Below, one piece after another: positions 36,160 to 45,630 of a stretch of DNA of 62,964 bases (positions within the stretch are counted from its first letter, which is position 1; every line of letters begins with the position of its first letter). The stretch is from Candidatus Schekmanbacteria bacterium (GTDB taxonomy: Bacteria > SZUA-182): positions 1 through 62,964 of the forward strand of contig JACRJN010000002.1 in assembly GCA_016235675.1 (NCBI GenBank). The letters are read 5' to 3'. The position numbers and the translations under genes are program-made. The notes under the pieces are model-generated. The model did not search any database. It was not told the origin of the DNA and saw only the letters and a program-made list of their open reading frames with translations.

Positions 36160-36721
36160 CGGGATTTGTTACGGCAGCAATCATGTCCCTCTAAGCCCGC
36201 GGGGGGAACAACAAGCCCAAAAACTGGCTGAATACTTTAACTATTTGCCGCTGCATCTGGTATTTGCCAGCGATTTGACCAGAGCGGCCTATCCCGCCCA
36301 ATTAATCGCAGAGGGGAAAAATATCCCGCTTTATTTCCGGCCCCAATTAAGGGAAATCGATTGCGGGCAATGGACCGGTTTATCCTATGAAATCATTCAA
36401 CAGCGCTATCCTCAGGATTTTGAAAAATGGCTGGTGCGGGATAAAGACTTCTGCTTTCCCCAGGGGGAATCCTTTGTCGGCTTTAAATCACGGGTTTTGG
36501 ACAGCTATCAAACAATAGTCGCCGATAACGGAAATACAAATGAAGATAGCCATATCGCGGTGGTAGCCCACGGCGGCGTTACCCGCATGATCCTCATGGA
36601 TATTCTGCAAATTCCCTTTCCCGTTGCCTGGCGAATCGGCCAGGATTTTGCACGTATTAACATTATCGAATATCGTTCCGGCGGCGGCATCAGCATTCGT
36701 TTGCTCAACGGCACTTGTTAG
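36110..36721 (+). CDS. Histidine phosphatase family protein (phosphoglycerate mutase/CobC-like)
   Basis: IYLIRHPH (RHG-type motif), VVAHGGVTRMIL. Overlaps the upstream gene by 50 nt. Confidence 0.75.
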   Translation: MKKIYLIRHPHVQAADDGICYGSNHVPLSPRGEQQAQKLAEYFNYLPLHLVFASDLTRAAYPAQLIAEGKNIPLYFRPQLREIDCGQWTGLSYEIIQQRYPQDFEKWLVRDKDFCFPQGESFVGFKSRVLDSYQTIVADNGNTNEDSHIAVVAHGGVTRMILMDILQIPFPVAWRIGQDFARINIIEYRSGGGISIRLLNGTC

Positions 36722-36796
36722 GGACTTACGACTTAAATCTTGACAAAACTTGAGCAAAATCTCTTGCATGTTCAATAACTATCGTTAGTTACATTA

Positions 36797-36888
36797 ACCA
36801 CAGAAACACTGAATTATAGAAACACAGAAAGAACAAAAAACCATTAATTTCTTTTTCCGTGCTTCCGCCCTTCTGTGTTTCCGTGGTT
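36797..36888. repeat. Heptad-type hairpin (ACCACAGAAACACTGAATTATAGAAACACAGAAAG .. CTTCTGTGTTTCCGTGGTT)
   Basis: The arms are complementary with 1-2 mismatches, read directly. Confidence 0.6.
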
Positions 36889-36943
36889 TCTTTATGGCCT
36901 TAACCTTTTTGGTTCCGGCTTAGGGACTTGGAAGCTATTACCT

Positions 36944-38665
36944 ATGAACTGCAAATCCCTGAAAATTATCCTTCTGCTTTTTTTAACCGCCTCAATTTCC
37001 TGCCGGGAGGGGAAAACCGTCACCCCCCGGAGCAAAAACGCTCAAACGAACAAAGAACAAAAAAGCCCAAACAGATTCGGAGGGAATCTGGATTTAAATT
37101 TTTATCTGGTCGGGGAAAAAGATTTGCGGGAGCGGATGATCAAGTCGAACATTAAGGCTGCGGATAAAAATAAATTATTGACCTGCTTTGTTTCCGGCAT
37201 CGAAGAACTGCAAGCCGCCCGGCAAAAGATACAAAACGGCGAAGATGCTCAGGAAACCCTTTCCAATGCTATCAATTTCTTTGCCTGCGCCGCCGAAATT
37301 TTCCCCTGCTACGAAACCTGCTTCAATCTGGCTTCGGCATATATGGATTATAACAGGCCGGATGAAGCCGCATCGCATTTTAGTAAAGCTGTCGGACATG
37401 ATGTTACCCAACCGGGAGCAATCAACAGTCTGGCGATTCTGGATTTCAGAAAGGGCGATTATGCGGGGGCCGAACAAAAACTAACTGAAGCCTTAAACAA
37501 AGCAGTAAAACACCGCGATAAAGAGTTTGGCGATTTCTGGCAAGCGATTATTCTGGGTAATCTGGCCGAATTTTATGCAAAAACCAATAGAATAACTAAA
37601 GCCTTGCTGTTACATCAGCAGGCATTGGAGTATAGACGCAAGTTGGGCAACAAACTTGCCGAGACCGAGACTTTAGTTAATATGGGGAATATTAACCAGC
37701 ATATTCAACAATATGATCAAGCCGTTAATTACTATCAGCAGGCTTTAAACTTAAACCGGGAACTAAAAAACAAACCGGGCGTAGTTTATTCCCTGGGCAA
37801 TCTGGCCGCCGCCAGGCTCGCTATGGGGCAAAATTCTCAGGCCATCGTCTATCTGACTGAAGCCGTCGCCATACAAAGCCAGGTCAGTCAAAAAATTGAC
37901 CTGGCTAACTTGTTACACAGTCTGGCGATCAGCTACAGCCAAAACCATCAGCCGCATGAAGCCGTAACCCGTTATCGCCAGGCCATCGAAATCTATCGCA
38001 AGTTGCAGGATAAACCCAATGAAGCCAATGCCGTAAATGATTTAAGTTTAAGTTACAGCCAAATCGGAGAGTTTGAAAAGGCGTTAGATCAGGTCGGGAA
38101 ATCGATTGCCGCTTATCGCGCATTGGGAAACAAAACGCAGGAGGCAAATGCAATACGCAACAGGGCTTTTATTTACGAGCAGGCCAAAAATTATAAATCA
38201 GCCGCTAAATATTACACTCAATCCCTGGAGCTTTTCCGGCGCGAAAGGATTAGATTCGAAGCGGCCAATACTTTGCGGGCGCTTGGCAATCTATATATGC
38301 AGCAGGGACAATTTGCGCTTGCCGTCGCTAACTACAAACAGGCATTGGACGATTATACCAATCTCGAAGATCAACCGGGAATAGCCCGGACTCTGTTAGA
38401 TTTGGGTCAAGCCTATTTTAAAAGCCGGGATTTGGTACAAGCCGAAAATAATTATCAAAGCGCTTTAAAACTTTATCAGGCAATGAATGATAAACCACAA
38501 CAAGCCCTCTGTTTGAACGCATTAGGCGATCTTTACACCATCAGGAAGCAAAAAGAAGCAGCACGAAAATCCTACCGGCAAGCCCTCTCCCTGTTTAAGG
38601 AATTGAAAGACCCAAAAGGTGCGCATGTCGGGAAAATATTAGCCGAAATGGAAAAGGTTAAGTAA
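36944..38665 (+). CDS. TPR-repeat lipoprotein
   Basis: Start moved to MNCKSLKIILLLFLTASISC (lipobox). More than 10 TPR-like units with the recurring A..YY/YRQAL..(L/Y)R.L.(N/D)K pattern. Confidence 0.7.
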   Translation: MNCKSLKIILLLFLTASISCREGKTVTPRSKNAQTNKEQKSPNRFGGNLDLNFYLVGEKDLRERMIKSNIKAADKNKLLTCFVSGIEELQAARQKIQNGEDAQETLSNAINFFACAAEIFPCYETCFNLASAYMDYNRPDEAASHFSKAVGHDVTQPGAINSLAILDFRKGDYAGAEQKLTEALNKAVKHRDKEFGDFWQAIILGNLAEFYAKTNRITKALLLHQQALEYRRKLGNKLAETETLVNMGNINQHIQQYDQAVNYYQQALNLNRELKNKPGVVYSLGNLAAARLAMGQNSQAIVYLTEAVAIQSQVSQKIDLANLLHSLAISYSQNHQPHEAVTRYRQAIEIYRKLQDKPNEANAVNDLSLSYSQIGEFEKALDQVGKSIAAYRALGNKTQEANAIRNRAFIYEQAKNYKSAAKYYTQSLELFRRERIRFEAANTLRALGNLYMQQGQFALAVANYKQALDDYTNLEDQPGIARTLLDLGQAYFKSRDLVQAENNYQSALKLYQAMNDKPQQALCLNALGDLYTIRKQKEAARKSYRQALSLFKELKDPKGAHVGKILAEMEKVK

Positions 38666-38750
38666 AACGCCTGCCGCTTCAAAGCCTTTTTTCCGGTAAT
38701 AATACACCATTAGCTATTGCGCTCCTGGATAATCTCCCAGGAAAGGAGAG

Positions 38751-38780
38751 CGGACAGCCAATTTTACCTCTATGAACGCA
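38751..38780. repeat. Left copy of a perfect 30-bp inverted repeat (CGGACAGCCAATTTTACCTCTATGAACGCA)
   Basis: The exact reverse complement is found at 42330-42359. Similarity extends to about 45 bp with 4 mismatches. Confidence 0.9.
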
Positions 38781-38792
38781 CTTTGGTATAAT
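38764..38792 (+). promoter_or_regulatory. Candidate extended -10 promoter for pcm, embedded in the left IR
   Basis: TTACCT (38764-69), 17 nt ending TGG, TATAAT (38787-92). Confidence 0.4.
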
Positions 38793-38824
38793 GCATTCAA
38801 CCCTGTTGAAAAAATAAACAATCT

Positions 38825-39619
38825 ATGTCAAAATATAAAATGAGATATTTGTTGGGCATATTTATTACAATCGCAGCATTTACCCTTTTAAGTTGCGACG
38901 ACTCAAATATAACTACTAAACCCAACGGGACTGTGTCCCCGGAAAGTAATCACTTGGCTAAAATAGGTAAAAATGAGGATTTTATTTACCATAGTCTGCG
39001 TAATAAAATGGTAGAAGATCAGCTTATACGCCGCGGAATTAAAGACCCTCAGGTTTTACAGGCTATGCGTAAAGTGCCCCGGCATCTTTTTGTCCCTCCC
39101 AAATATGCCTTGGCTTCTTATAACGACAGCCCGCTGCCTATCGGAGACGGGCAGACCATTTCTCAGCCTTATATAGTAGCTTACATGACTGAGGCGCTAA
39201 AATTAGAGAAGGCTGACCGGATTTTGGAGATCGGAACCGGATCGGGTTATCAGGCCGCGGTTTTAGGAGAGATAGCCGGTCAGGTGTACAGTGTGGAGAT
39301 TATTTGCAGCTTAGCCAGGCAAGCCGAAGCGGTTTTGAAAAACGAGGGCTATAAAAATATCGAGGTCAGATGCGCCGACGGCTTTCTGGGCTGGCCGGAA
39401 TATGCCCCATATGACGCAATAATCGTCACCGCCGCACCGGAGGAAATCCCTCAAGCCTTAAAGGAGCAGTTAAAAATCGGCGGGAGAATGATTATCCCGA
39501 TCGGTCGGATTGAATTTTTTCAGGAATTGGTGCTGGTCACCAGAACCGGTCAGGACAGTTGGCATGAGGAAATGCTGTTGCCGGTACGATTCGTACCGAT
39601 GACCGGGGGGGAAAAGTAG
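38825..39619 (+). CDS. pcm: Protein-L-isoaspartate O-methyltransferase with an N-terminal lipoprotein signal
   Basis: Lipobox FTLLSC. RHLFVP, GQTISQPYIVAYMTE, ILEIGTGSGYQAAVL. Confidence 0.85.
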   Translation: MSKYKMRYLLGIFITIAAFTLLSCDDSNITTKPNGTVSPESNHLAKIGKNEDFIYHSLRNKMVEDQLIRRGIKDPQVLQAMRKVPRHLFVPPKYALASYNDSPLPIGDGQTISQPYIVAYMTEALKLEKADRILEIGTGSGYQAAVLGEIAGQVYSVEIICSLARQAEAVLKNEGYKNIEVRCADGFLGWPEYAPYDAIIVTAAPEEIPQALKEQLKIGGRMIIPIGRIEFFQELVLVTRTGQDSWHEEMLLPVRFVPMTGGEK

Positions 39620-39824
39620 GCTTGAGACCTGAGGGGCTGTGCCGCAACTGCTTGCAAACCCAAAAAGCCCTCAAAATGTCATTCCCGTGAAAACGGGAAT
39701 CCAGTCTTTTCAAATAGTTCTGGATTCCCACTTTCGTGGGAATGACAAAATGGGAGTTGCGGCACAGCCCCTGGAGCCTGGAGGAGTGAGGGAAAACAAT
39801 TCCTCAAGCCTCAGGTCTCAAGCC
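39619..39824. repeat. Three-level nested composite: heptad arms, then GGGGCTGTGCCGCAAC/GTTGCGGCACAGCCCC (family I), then family B (39678-39746)
   Basis: Same layer order as 51994-52203, and as 52580-52821 where the core is family A. Confidence 0.85.
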
Positions 39825-39841
39825 TATAAGGAGATTTTCAA

Positions 39842-40366
39842 ATGTACGAAGGACATGATTTATATAAAAAGTGGCGAAAAAACAGTATCGCCAGTCACTG
39901 GTATTGGGGGATGGAATCGGATGATCTGTTCAAGGTCTGCCTGCCGGTTGCCGGCGGTTTCTGGCTAAGAGCGGCGGCTTGGCTGATCGATAAAATTATC
40001 TTAACCGCCATCAGTCTCTTTTTTCTGCTGGCAATTTATCTGGCGGGAGCCGATTTTCCCCTGCAAAAAGATTCAGGTATCCTGATTTACGGCTTATTAA
40101 GTTTCCTCTCTCTTGAAATCCTGCGGGTTGCTTATTATGTGATCTTTCATGCTACAGATGGGCAAACCATCGGAAAGGCGGTGTTAGGAATTAAAGTTAT
40201 CGATGCCGACGGGAATCCGCCCACTTTATGGCAGGCTTATCGGCGCCGGATGGCGCATTTTTTCTCCATAATCACTTTCGGCTTAGGCTATTTATGGATG
40301 ATTTTCGATGCCAAAAAACAAACCCTGCATGACAAAATAGCCGATACTTATGTGGTGCTGATTTGA
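39842..40366 (+). CDS. RDD-family membrane protein
   Basis: AGGFWLRAAAWLIDKIIL, three hydrophobic segments, KQTLHDKIADTYVV C-terminus. Start uncertain. Confidence 0.7.
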   Translation: MYEGHDLYKKWRKNSIASHWYWGMESDDLFKVCLPVAGGFWLRAAAWLIDKIILTAISLFFLLAIYLAGADFPLQKDSGILIYGLLSFLSLEILRVAYYVIFHATDGQTIGKAVLGIKVIDADGNPPTLWQAYRRRMAHFFSIITFGLGYLWMIFDAKKQTLHDKIADTYVVLI

Positions 40367-42321
40367 TGCTTAAAAACGAGCCTTGCTGCGATTGCAATCC
40401 CGATCAACCCCCGGAAACATCCTCCCGCCAAGAACACGAGTACAATAAAAGCCGTACACGCGTTATCATTACCGGAATCCTGGCGACTTCATGTATGATG
40501 CTGGAACTGCATCTTGTTCACCTTCCCCACCTGGTAAATATTATCATCGGGTTAGCGGCAGTGGTGATCGGCGGCTATCCGTTGGCCTATAACGCCTATT
40601 CAGGATTAAAGCAGAAAAAACTGAATGTCGACGCCCTGGTGATTATCGCATCCGGAGCAGCCCTCATTTTGGGAGAATATCTGGAAGCCGCCACCGTCAT
40701 TTTCATTCTTTTATTAGGGGAGGAATTAGAGCGCTATACCGTTTATAAAGCCAACAGCGCCATAAAAGGCTTAGCGCATTTATTACCGGCACAAGTGAGA
40801 ATAAAGGAAGATACCGACGGAGAAAAAATTATCCCCTTGTCTGCGGTCACAGAGGGGATGATTGTAATTGTCAAGCCCGGCGAACGCATTGCCGTTGACG
40901 GGCGGGTGGTGATGGGGCATAGCGTAGTCGATCAATCCCCGATCACCGGCGAATCTCTCCCCCTGGATAAAACCTTGGGCAGCCAGGTTTTTTCCGGCAC
41001 TCTAAATCTTTCCGGGGCCTTATACATCGAAGCGGAAAGGGTGGGCGAAAAAACCACCGTTGCCCGCATCGAACAGATGACTCAAGGTGCGCGGATGAAA
41101 AAGGCCACCCTGCAACAATTGGTCAATCAGGTTGCCGGCTGGTTTGTCCCGGCGGTGCTGGTTTTGGCGGGAATAGTCTATTGGGTGACCGCTGATGTCC
41201 AGCGGGCGATTACCATTTTAATCGTGACCTGCCCCTGCGCCTTTGTACTGGCTACCCCGATCGCGGTAGTCGCCGCGATGGGCGCGGCCGCCAAAAAGGG
41301 GATTTTGATTAAAGGCGGGGCGGTTTTGGAAACCTGCTCCAAGCTCAACAGCTTTGTCTTCGATAAAACCGGAACGTTAACTTATGGACAGCCGGAAATC
41401 GTCAATATCAACACCGTCTGTTCCAGGGAATGCACGGTGGAAGATACCCTGACCTTCGCCGCCGTTGCCGACAAGCTTTCCCAACATCCGTTAGCGGAGG
41501 CGATTTTGGAAAAGGCAAAAAACTGGGAGTTGATGATCTCCACCCCCGACGATTTTGTGGTCAAACACGGGCAAGGCGTGATCGCACAGCATGACGACAT
41601 CAAAATCATTCTCGGCAATCATGCGCTTTTGACCGACAATCAGATAGCTATCTCTCAAGATATAGCCGATTATATTCAAAAGAGGGAAAAGCAGGGCGAG
41701 ACGGTTTTATTAGTCGCCCATCATAAACAGGTGTGCGGGATAATCAGCCTGGCCGATACCATCCGCAGCGACGCCCCTCAGACCATCAGGCAGCTTAAGG
41801 ATTTGGGGATTGATAAGACTCTGGCCTTATACACCGGCGACAATTACGAAATCGCCCGGCTAACCGCTCAAAGGTTGGGAATAGATGAATTTGCTGCCAC
41901 GCTCCTGCCTGAGCAAAAGGTAGCCAAAATCAAGGAACTGATCCAACGCGGCTACCGGGTGGGACTGGTCGGCGACGGTATCAACGACGCCCCGGCTCTG
42001 GCCGCTTCTCATGTAGGGATTGCCATGGGATTGAGAGGCAGCGACCTGGCCGCCCATGCTTCCGATGTTACATTTTTGACCGATGATTTGAGCAAAATAC
42101 CATTGGTGATCAAACTGGGAAGGCGGACTTTTTCTGTCATCAAACAAAATATCTGGTTTGCTCTGGTCTTCAATACTATGATGCTTTATCTGGCCTCGGT
42201 CGGTATCATCAGCATGATCACCGGAGCGCTTGCCCATCAGGTAAGCTCCCTGGCGGTAATTCTAAATTCCATGCGCCTTATTTCCGCGTCGAATCTCCGG
42301 CAGGCGGCGGGTAATAAGTAA
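40363..42321 (+). CDS. Heavy-metal translocating P1B-type ATPase without a canonical HMA domain
   Basis: CPC (VTCPCAF), DKTGTLT, GDGINDAP. The N-terminus has NEPCCDCNPD instead of a GMxCxxC domain. Confidence 0.9.
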   Translation: MMLKNEPCCDCNPDQPPETSSRQEHEYNKSRTRVIITGILATSCMMLELHLVHLPHLVNIIIGLAAVVIGGYPLAYNAYSGLKQKKLNVDALVIIASGAALILGEYLEAATVIFILLLGEELERYTVYKANSAIKGLAHLLPAQVRIKEDTDGEKIIPLSAVTEGMIVIVKPGERIAVDGRVVMGHSVVDQSPITGESLPLDKTLGSQVFSGTLNLSGALYIEAERVGEKTTVARIEQMTQGARMKKATLQQLVNQVAGWFVPAVLVLAGIVYWVTADVQRAITILIVTCPCAFVLATPIAVVAAMGAAAKKGILIKGGAVLETCSKLNSFVFDKTGTLTYGQPEIVNINTVCSRECTVEDTLTFAAVADKLSQHPLAEAILEKAKNWELMISTPDDFVVKHGQGVIAQHDDIKIILGNHALLTDNQIAISQDIADYIQKREKQGETVLLVAHHKQVCGIISLADTIRSDAPQTIRQLKDLGIDKTLALYTGDNYEIARLTAQRLGIDEFAATLLPEQKVAKIKELIQRGYRVGLVGDGINDAPALAASHVGIAMGLRGSDLAAHASDVTFLTDDLSKIPLVIKLGRRTFSVIKQNIWFALVFNTMMLYLASVGIISMITGALAHQVSSLAVILNSMRLISASNLRQAAGNK

Positions 42322-42329
42322 TACCACTT

Positions 42330-42359
42330 TGCGTTCATAGAGGTAAAATTGGCTGTCCG
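42330..42359. repeat. Right copy (inverted) of the 30-bp repeat, immediately after the ATPase stop
   Basis: TGCGTTCATAGAGGTAAAATTGGCTGTCCG is the reverse complement of 38751-38780, 30/30. Confidence 0.9.
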
Positions 42360-42369
42360 TTCTCAATCT

Positions 42370-42447
42370 GTCATCCCCGAATGCCTTTATCGGGGATATG
42401 GTGTTAATTCGAAAACCAGATTCCCGATAAAGGCATTCGGGGATGAC
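42370..42447. repeat. Family B element
   Basis: GTCATCCCCGAATGCCTTTATCGGGGAT..GATTCCCGATAAAGGCATTCGGGGATGAC. Confidence 0.85.
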
Positions 42448-42519
42448 AAACTGGAAGTCACTGGTATAATCCCTAAAATCCCACTCTCTCCCTTATTTTT
42501 CACCTCGTATAAATTATTG

Positions 42520-42548
42520 TTGACTTGCCTCCCATTTGGCGCTAAATT
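42520..42548 (+). promoter_or_regulatory. Candidate sigma-70 promoter for the beta-propeller gene
   Basis: TTGACT (42520-25), 17 nt, TAAATT (42543-48). Confidence 0.4.
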
Positions 42549-42605
42549 TAAGAGCAACTTAAATGGTGCATTTTAATTTAACCCAAATCACAAAAAGGAG
42601 AGAAC

Positions 42606-44387
42606 ATGCGAAATCGGTTTACCAAACGCTATTTAGGCTTTTTGCTTGGCGGGATTTTAATTTTACTGCTGTCGAACGCAGCTTGGGCTGTAACTCAAAC
42701 CCAGATTGTTACCGGATTGCAGGCCGGAGTGGGGATTGCCCTGGATGAAACCAAAAATCAACTTTATTATGTAGAATTCAACGGAGGCACTTTAAAAAGC
42801 ACCGAACCGCTGGGGCAGTGCAGCATATTATGTATCAGCACGGTCATCGCTTCAGGTTTTTATCATCCGGAGAGCGTGCAACTGGATTCAGCCCGCGGAT
42901 TCGCCTATGTAGTTACCCGCGATGATCCGGGCTACACCGGTGTTTTGTGGAAGGTCAATGTAAACTCAGGCGCGAAAACCCGGGTTGCTATCAATCTTGG
43001 GGAACCGCAGCAGCTTGCCTTGGATCTACCGAGCAGCCAGGCGTATGTGGTAGGTTATGCCGACGGCAATCTGTACCGCATTAATTTGGGAACTAACGCC
43101 AAAACCGTAGTTTGCAGCGGGTTAGGACATCCGGTCGGGCTGGTGATAACCAAGGACAGAAAATATGCCTATGTCAGCGAGCAGGATACCGGAAGTGTCG
43201 CCAAGATCGATTTGAACACGGGCGCTATGCTGGAAAAATGGGTAGCCAGCGGATTGACCGCTCCCTTCTTCCTGGCCTGGACGGATGCTTCCCAAAATTC
43301 TCTGTATGTAGTAGAGCGTGACCCCGCCAACAAGGTTTCCCGGATTGACCTGGCCACCTCCACTAAAAATGATGCGATTACCGGTCTGCCGTGGCGCCCT
43401 TCAGCAATAGCAACGGCATCCTCAGGCATGTTAGCTTATATTACTACCGATACTGATATTATCAAAGCCGAGCTGACGGAGTTAAGCGGGCCGGTTTTTA
43501 TGGGCGTCGGCCATGTTCCATCCTCTAAAATCGACGCCAACGGATATGCGACAACCGATCCGGGGTATTTCTTTCAGGTGCAACATGCGCCCTTCGGCGG
43601 TACGCTCAACATGTTCGGCAACCTGACTAATTTCAGGAGTTTGGGTGCCACCCATTATAAGGTATTGGTATCCAAAAACGGAGGGGCGGCTTATCCGCTA
43701 AACTTAAGCTGGAATACCTATAAATGGAATAACACCTCTAAAACATATGTATTGACTTCAGTTGCGCCAGCCTCCGGAACAACCAAATACAAGATACCGC
43801 TAGAGGCTGACGGAACCTACCATGCTGAATTATGGTACCCGCCCTATCTGTTTATGCAGTGGCCCAGTGTGGAAAACGGTTTGTACACATTCAGCGTGGA
43901 AATCTACGCCGGGGCAGTTAAACTCTCCGGCCTGCCTGCTGAATTAAATAAATTGACCGTAAAAATCGATAATACACCGCCTGAGGTAAATCTGGTAAGC
44001 ATCTGGCAAAAGGGTTCCCCTGATATAGAGATTCAACCCTGCGACATTGTTTCCGAGGGGCTGAATAAGTATTATTTCAAGATTACGGCGTATGACCCCA
44101 GCCATCACCTTTTGGGTTATGGATTAACCGCCCTTTGGGGGAATAATTACTCCGCTCCGATTGCCTCCGATTCTTACAGCAGTCATGTAAATGCCGAAGG
44201 GCCGTATTTCTGGAGCGGTGTGACCGATACCCAGGTTCCCGCCACCGAGTGGATTGCCACCTGTAACTGCGCCCATACCTTTTATCTGTGGGCCAATAAA
44301 AGAACGATAAACGGCTACAATTACATCCTCTACGGAGATTATCACAAGTCGATAACCATCAATAACGTAGGCAGTACCTGCGATTAA
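42606..44387 (+). CDS. Secreted protein: N-terminal beta-propeller-like repeats plus a C-terminal domain of unknown function
   Basis: Signal LGGILILLLSNAAWA. Repeats of about 45 aa (YYVEF..G.L, YVVTRDD, AYVVGYADGNLYRINL, AYVSEQDTGSVAKIDL, LYVVERDP..VSRIDL). C-terminal IDNTPPEV. Confidence 0.45.
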   Translation: MRNRFTKRYLGFLLGGILILLLSNAAWAVTQTQIVTGLQAGVGIALDETKNQLYYVEFNGGTLKSTEPLGQCSILCISTVIASGFYHPESVQLDSARGFAYVVTRDDPGYTGVLWKVNVNSGAKTRVAINLGEPQQLALDLPSSQAYVVGYADGNLYRINLGTNAKTVVCSGLGHPVGLVITKDRKYAYVSEQDTGSVAKIDLNTGAMLEKWVASGLTAPFFLAWTDASQNSLYVVERDPANKVSRIDLATSTKNDAITGLPWRPSAIATASSGMLAYITTDTDIIKAELTELSGPVFMGVGHVPSSKIDANGYATTDPGYFFQVQHAPFGGTLNMFGNLTNFRSLGATHYKVLVSKNGGAAYPLNLSWNTYKWNNTSKTYVLTSVAPASGTTKYKIPLEADGTYHAELWYPPYLFMQWPSVENGLYTFSVEIYAGAVKLSGLPAELNKLTVKIDNTPPEVNLVSIWQKGSPDIEIQPCDIVSEGLNKYYFKITAYDPSHHLLGYGLTALWGNNYSAPIASDSYSSHVNAEGPYFWSGVTDTQVPATEWIATCNCAHTFYLWANKRTINGYNYILYGDYHKSITINNVGSTCD

Positions 44388-44405
44388 CAGGATGATAAGC
44401 GGCTA

Positions 44406-44458
44406 TCAGGCCAGGCCGGAAATTTCCGGCCTGGCCTGATCAGCCTGTTTATTTTTTT
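44406..44458 (+). terminator. Hairpin TCAGGCCAGGCCGGA AAT TTCCGGCCTGGCCTGA followed, 12 nt later, by a T-run
   Basis: Perfect 15-bp stem 19 nt after the stop codon. TTTTTTT at 44452-58. Confidence 0.5.
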
Positions 44459-44464
44459 CATATT

Positions 44465-44703
44465 CGTAGTCCCAGCCCTTTAGGGCTGTTCTTCATGGTC
44501 AAAGCCATGCAATAACAACTCACAAATGGTAAAACTTCTCCGTTATAATTCATACCAATTCGCTTTCATAGTCGTAGTGCCGGGGCTTTAGCCCCGGAGA
44601 TTCAGCCCTAAAGGGCTTTAGACTACGGAATTTCTTGCTATATGAACCTGCCTTTAGTCTCAGCCTATGGCTGAAAATACGCGGCTAAAGCCACGGGACT
44701 ACA
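44465..44703. repeat. Cluster of three family E-type elements (44465-44509, 44573-44628, 44655-44703)
   Basis: CGTAGTCCCAGCCCTTTAGGGCTG.. ; CGTAGTGCCGGGGCTTTAGCCCCGGAGATTCAGCCCTAAAGGGCTTTAGACTACGG ; TAGTCTCAGCCTATGGCTGA..GGCTAAAGCCACGGGACTACA. Confidence 0.75.
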
Positions 44704-45630
44704 TTATACTAGCCTCTTTTTTTTGAAAAATTCCACCGTCTTTTGCAGCCCTTCTTCCAATACAATCTGCGGCTGCCAATTCAGTATTTCTTTAGCCTTG
44801 CCGGGATCGATGACGCTGCGGCGCTGTTCACCGGGTTTGGCCGGGGCGTGAGTTTGCGAACAAGCGCTACCGGTAAATTTTTTGACCGTTTGAAATATCT
44901 GATTAACATCCGTTTCCCTGGCGGTACCGATATTCAACACACCGTTATAATCACTCTTTAAAGCCGCCAAATTCGCGCTAACCACATCTTCCACGTATAC
45001 ATAATCACGGGTCTGCTTGCCGTCGCCAAAAATCAACGGTTGTCCCCCGCCCAGCATCTTTTGGCAAAAGATCGCCACAACTCCCGCTTCTCCGTGCGGA
45101 TTTTGACGCGGCCCGTAGACGTTGGCATAACGCAGGCAGGTATACCCTAAGCCATAGTTCAGATAATAAAAATAAAGATACTTCTCTACCGTCAACTTAG
45201 AAATACCATAAGGGCTGACCGGATTGCAAGGGTGGTTTTCCGGAGCGGGATAAACCTCCTGCTCTCCGTAGATCGCCCCCCCGGTGGAGGCGAACAGCAG
45301 CTTTTTTACTTTAAATTCCGCCGCTAATTGTAATAACCTGATGGAACCTAAGATATTGATATTGGCGTCATTGGCCGGATCGGCCACGGAATGGCGCACA
45401 TCCATCTGGGCGGCATGGTGGGCAATACAATCGGGACGCTCCTTTTCAAAAACCTCCCGCATTTGAGGAGAGTTGATGTCCACATGATAAAAAACCGCCG
45501 CTGGATGGAGATTCTCCCGATAACCGGTGGAAAGGTCATCCACCACCGCGACCTTATAACCGGAAAGTATTGCAGCATCTACAATGTTCGAACCGATAAA
45601 ACCGGCTCCCCCGGTAACTAAAAGCTTCAT
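44704..45630 (-). CDS. NAD-dependent epimerase/dehydratase (UDP-glucose 4-epimerase-like SDR)
   Basis: [12 protein letters not shown], YxxxK ([11 protein letters not shown]). 308 aa. Confidence 0.8.
   Translation of the reverse strand: MKLLVTGGAGFIGSNIVDAAILSGYKVAVVDDLSTGYRENLHPAAVFYHVDINSPQMREVFEKERPDCIAHHAAQMDVRHSVADPANDANINILGSIRLLQLAAEFKVKKLLFASTGGAIYGEQEVYPAPENHPCNPVSPYGISKLTVEKYLYFYYLNYGLGYTCLRYANVYGPRQNPHGEAGVVAIFCQKMLGGGQPLIFGDGKQTRDYVYVEDVVSANLAALKSDYNGVLNIGTARETDVNQIFQTVKKFTGSACSQTHAPAKPGEQRRSVIDPGKAKEILNWQPQIVLEEGLQKTVEFFKKKRLV

Noticed and set aside
39619-39824. Possible CRISPR array, given the many short recurring repeats
   Set aside because: The repeats occur as inverted pairs forming palindromes at scattered intergenic sites. 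They are not direct repeats with regular unique spacers, and no cas genes are present.
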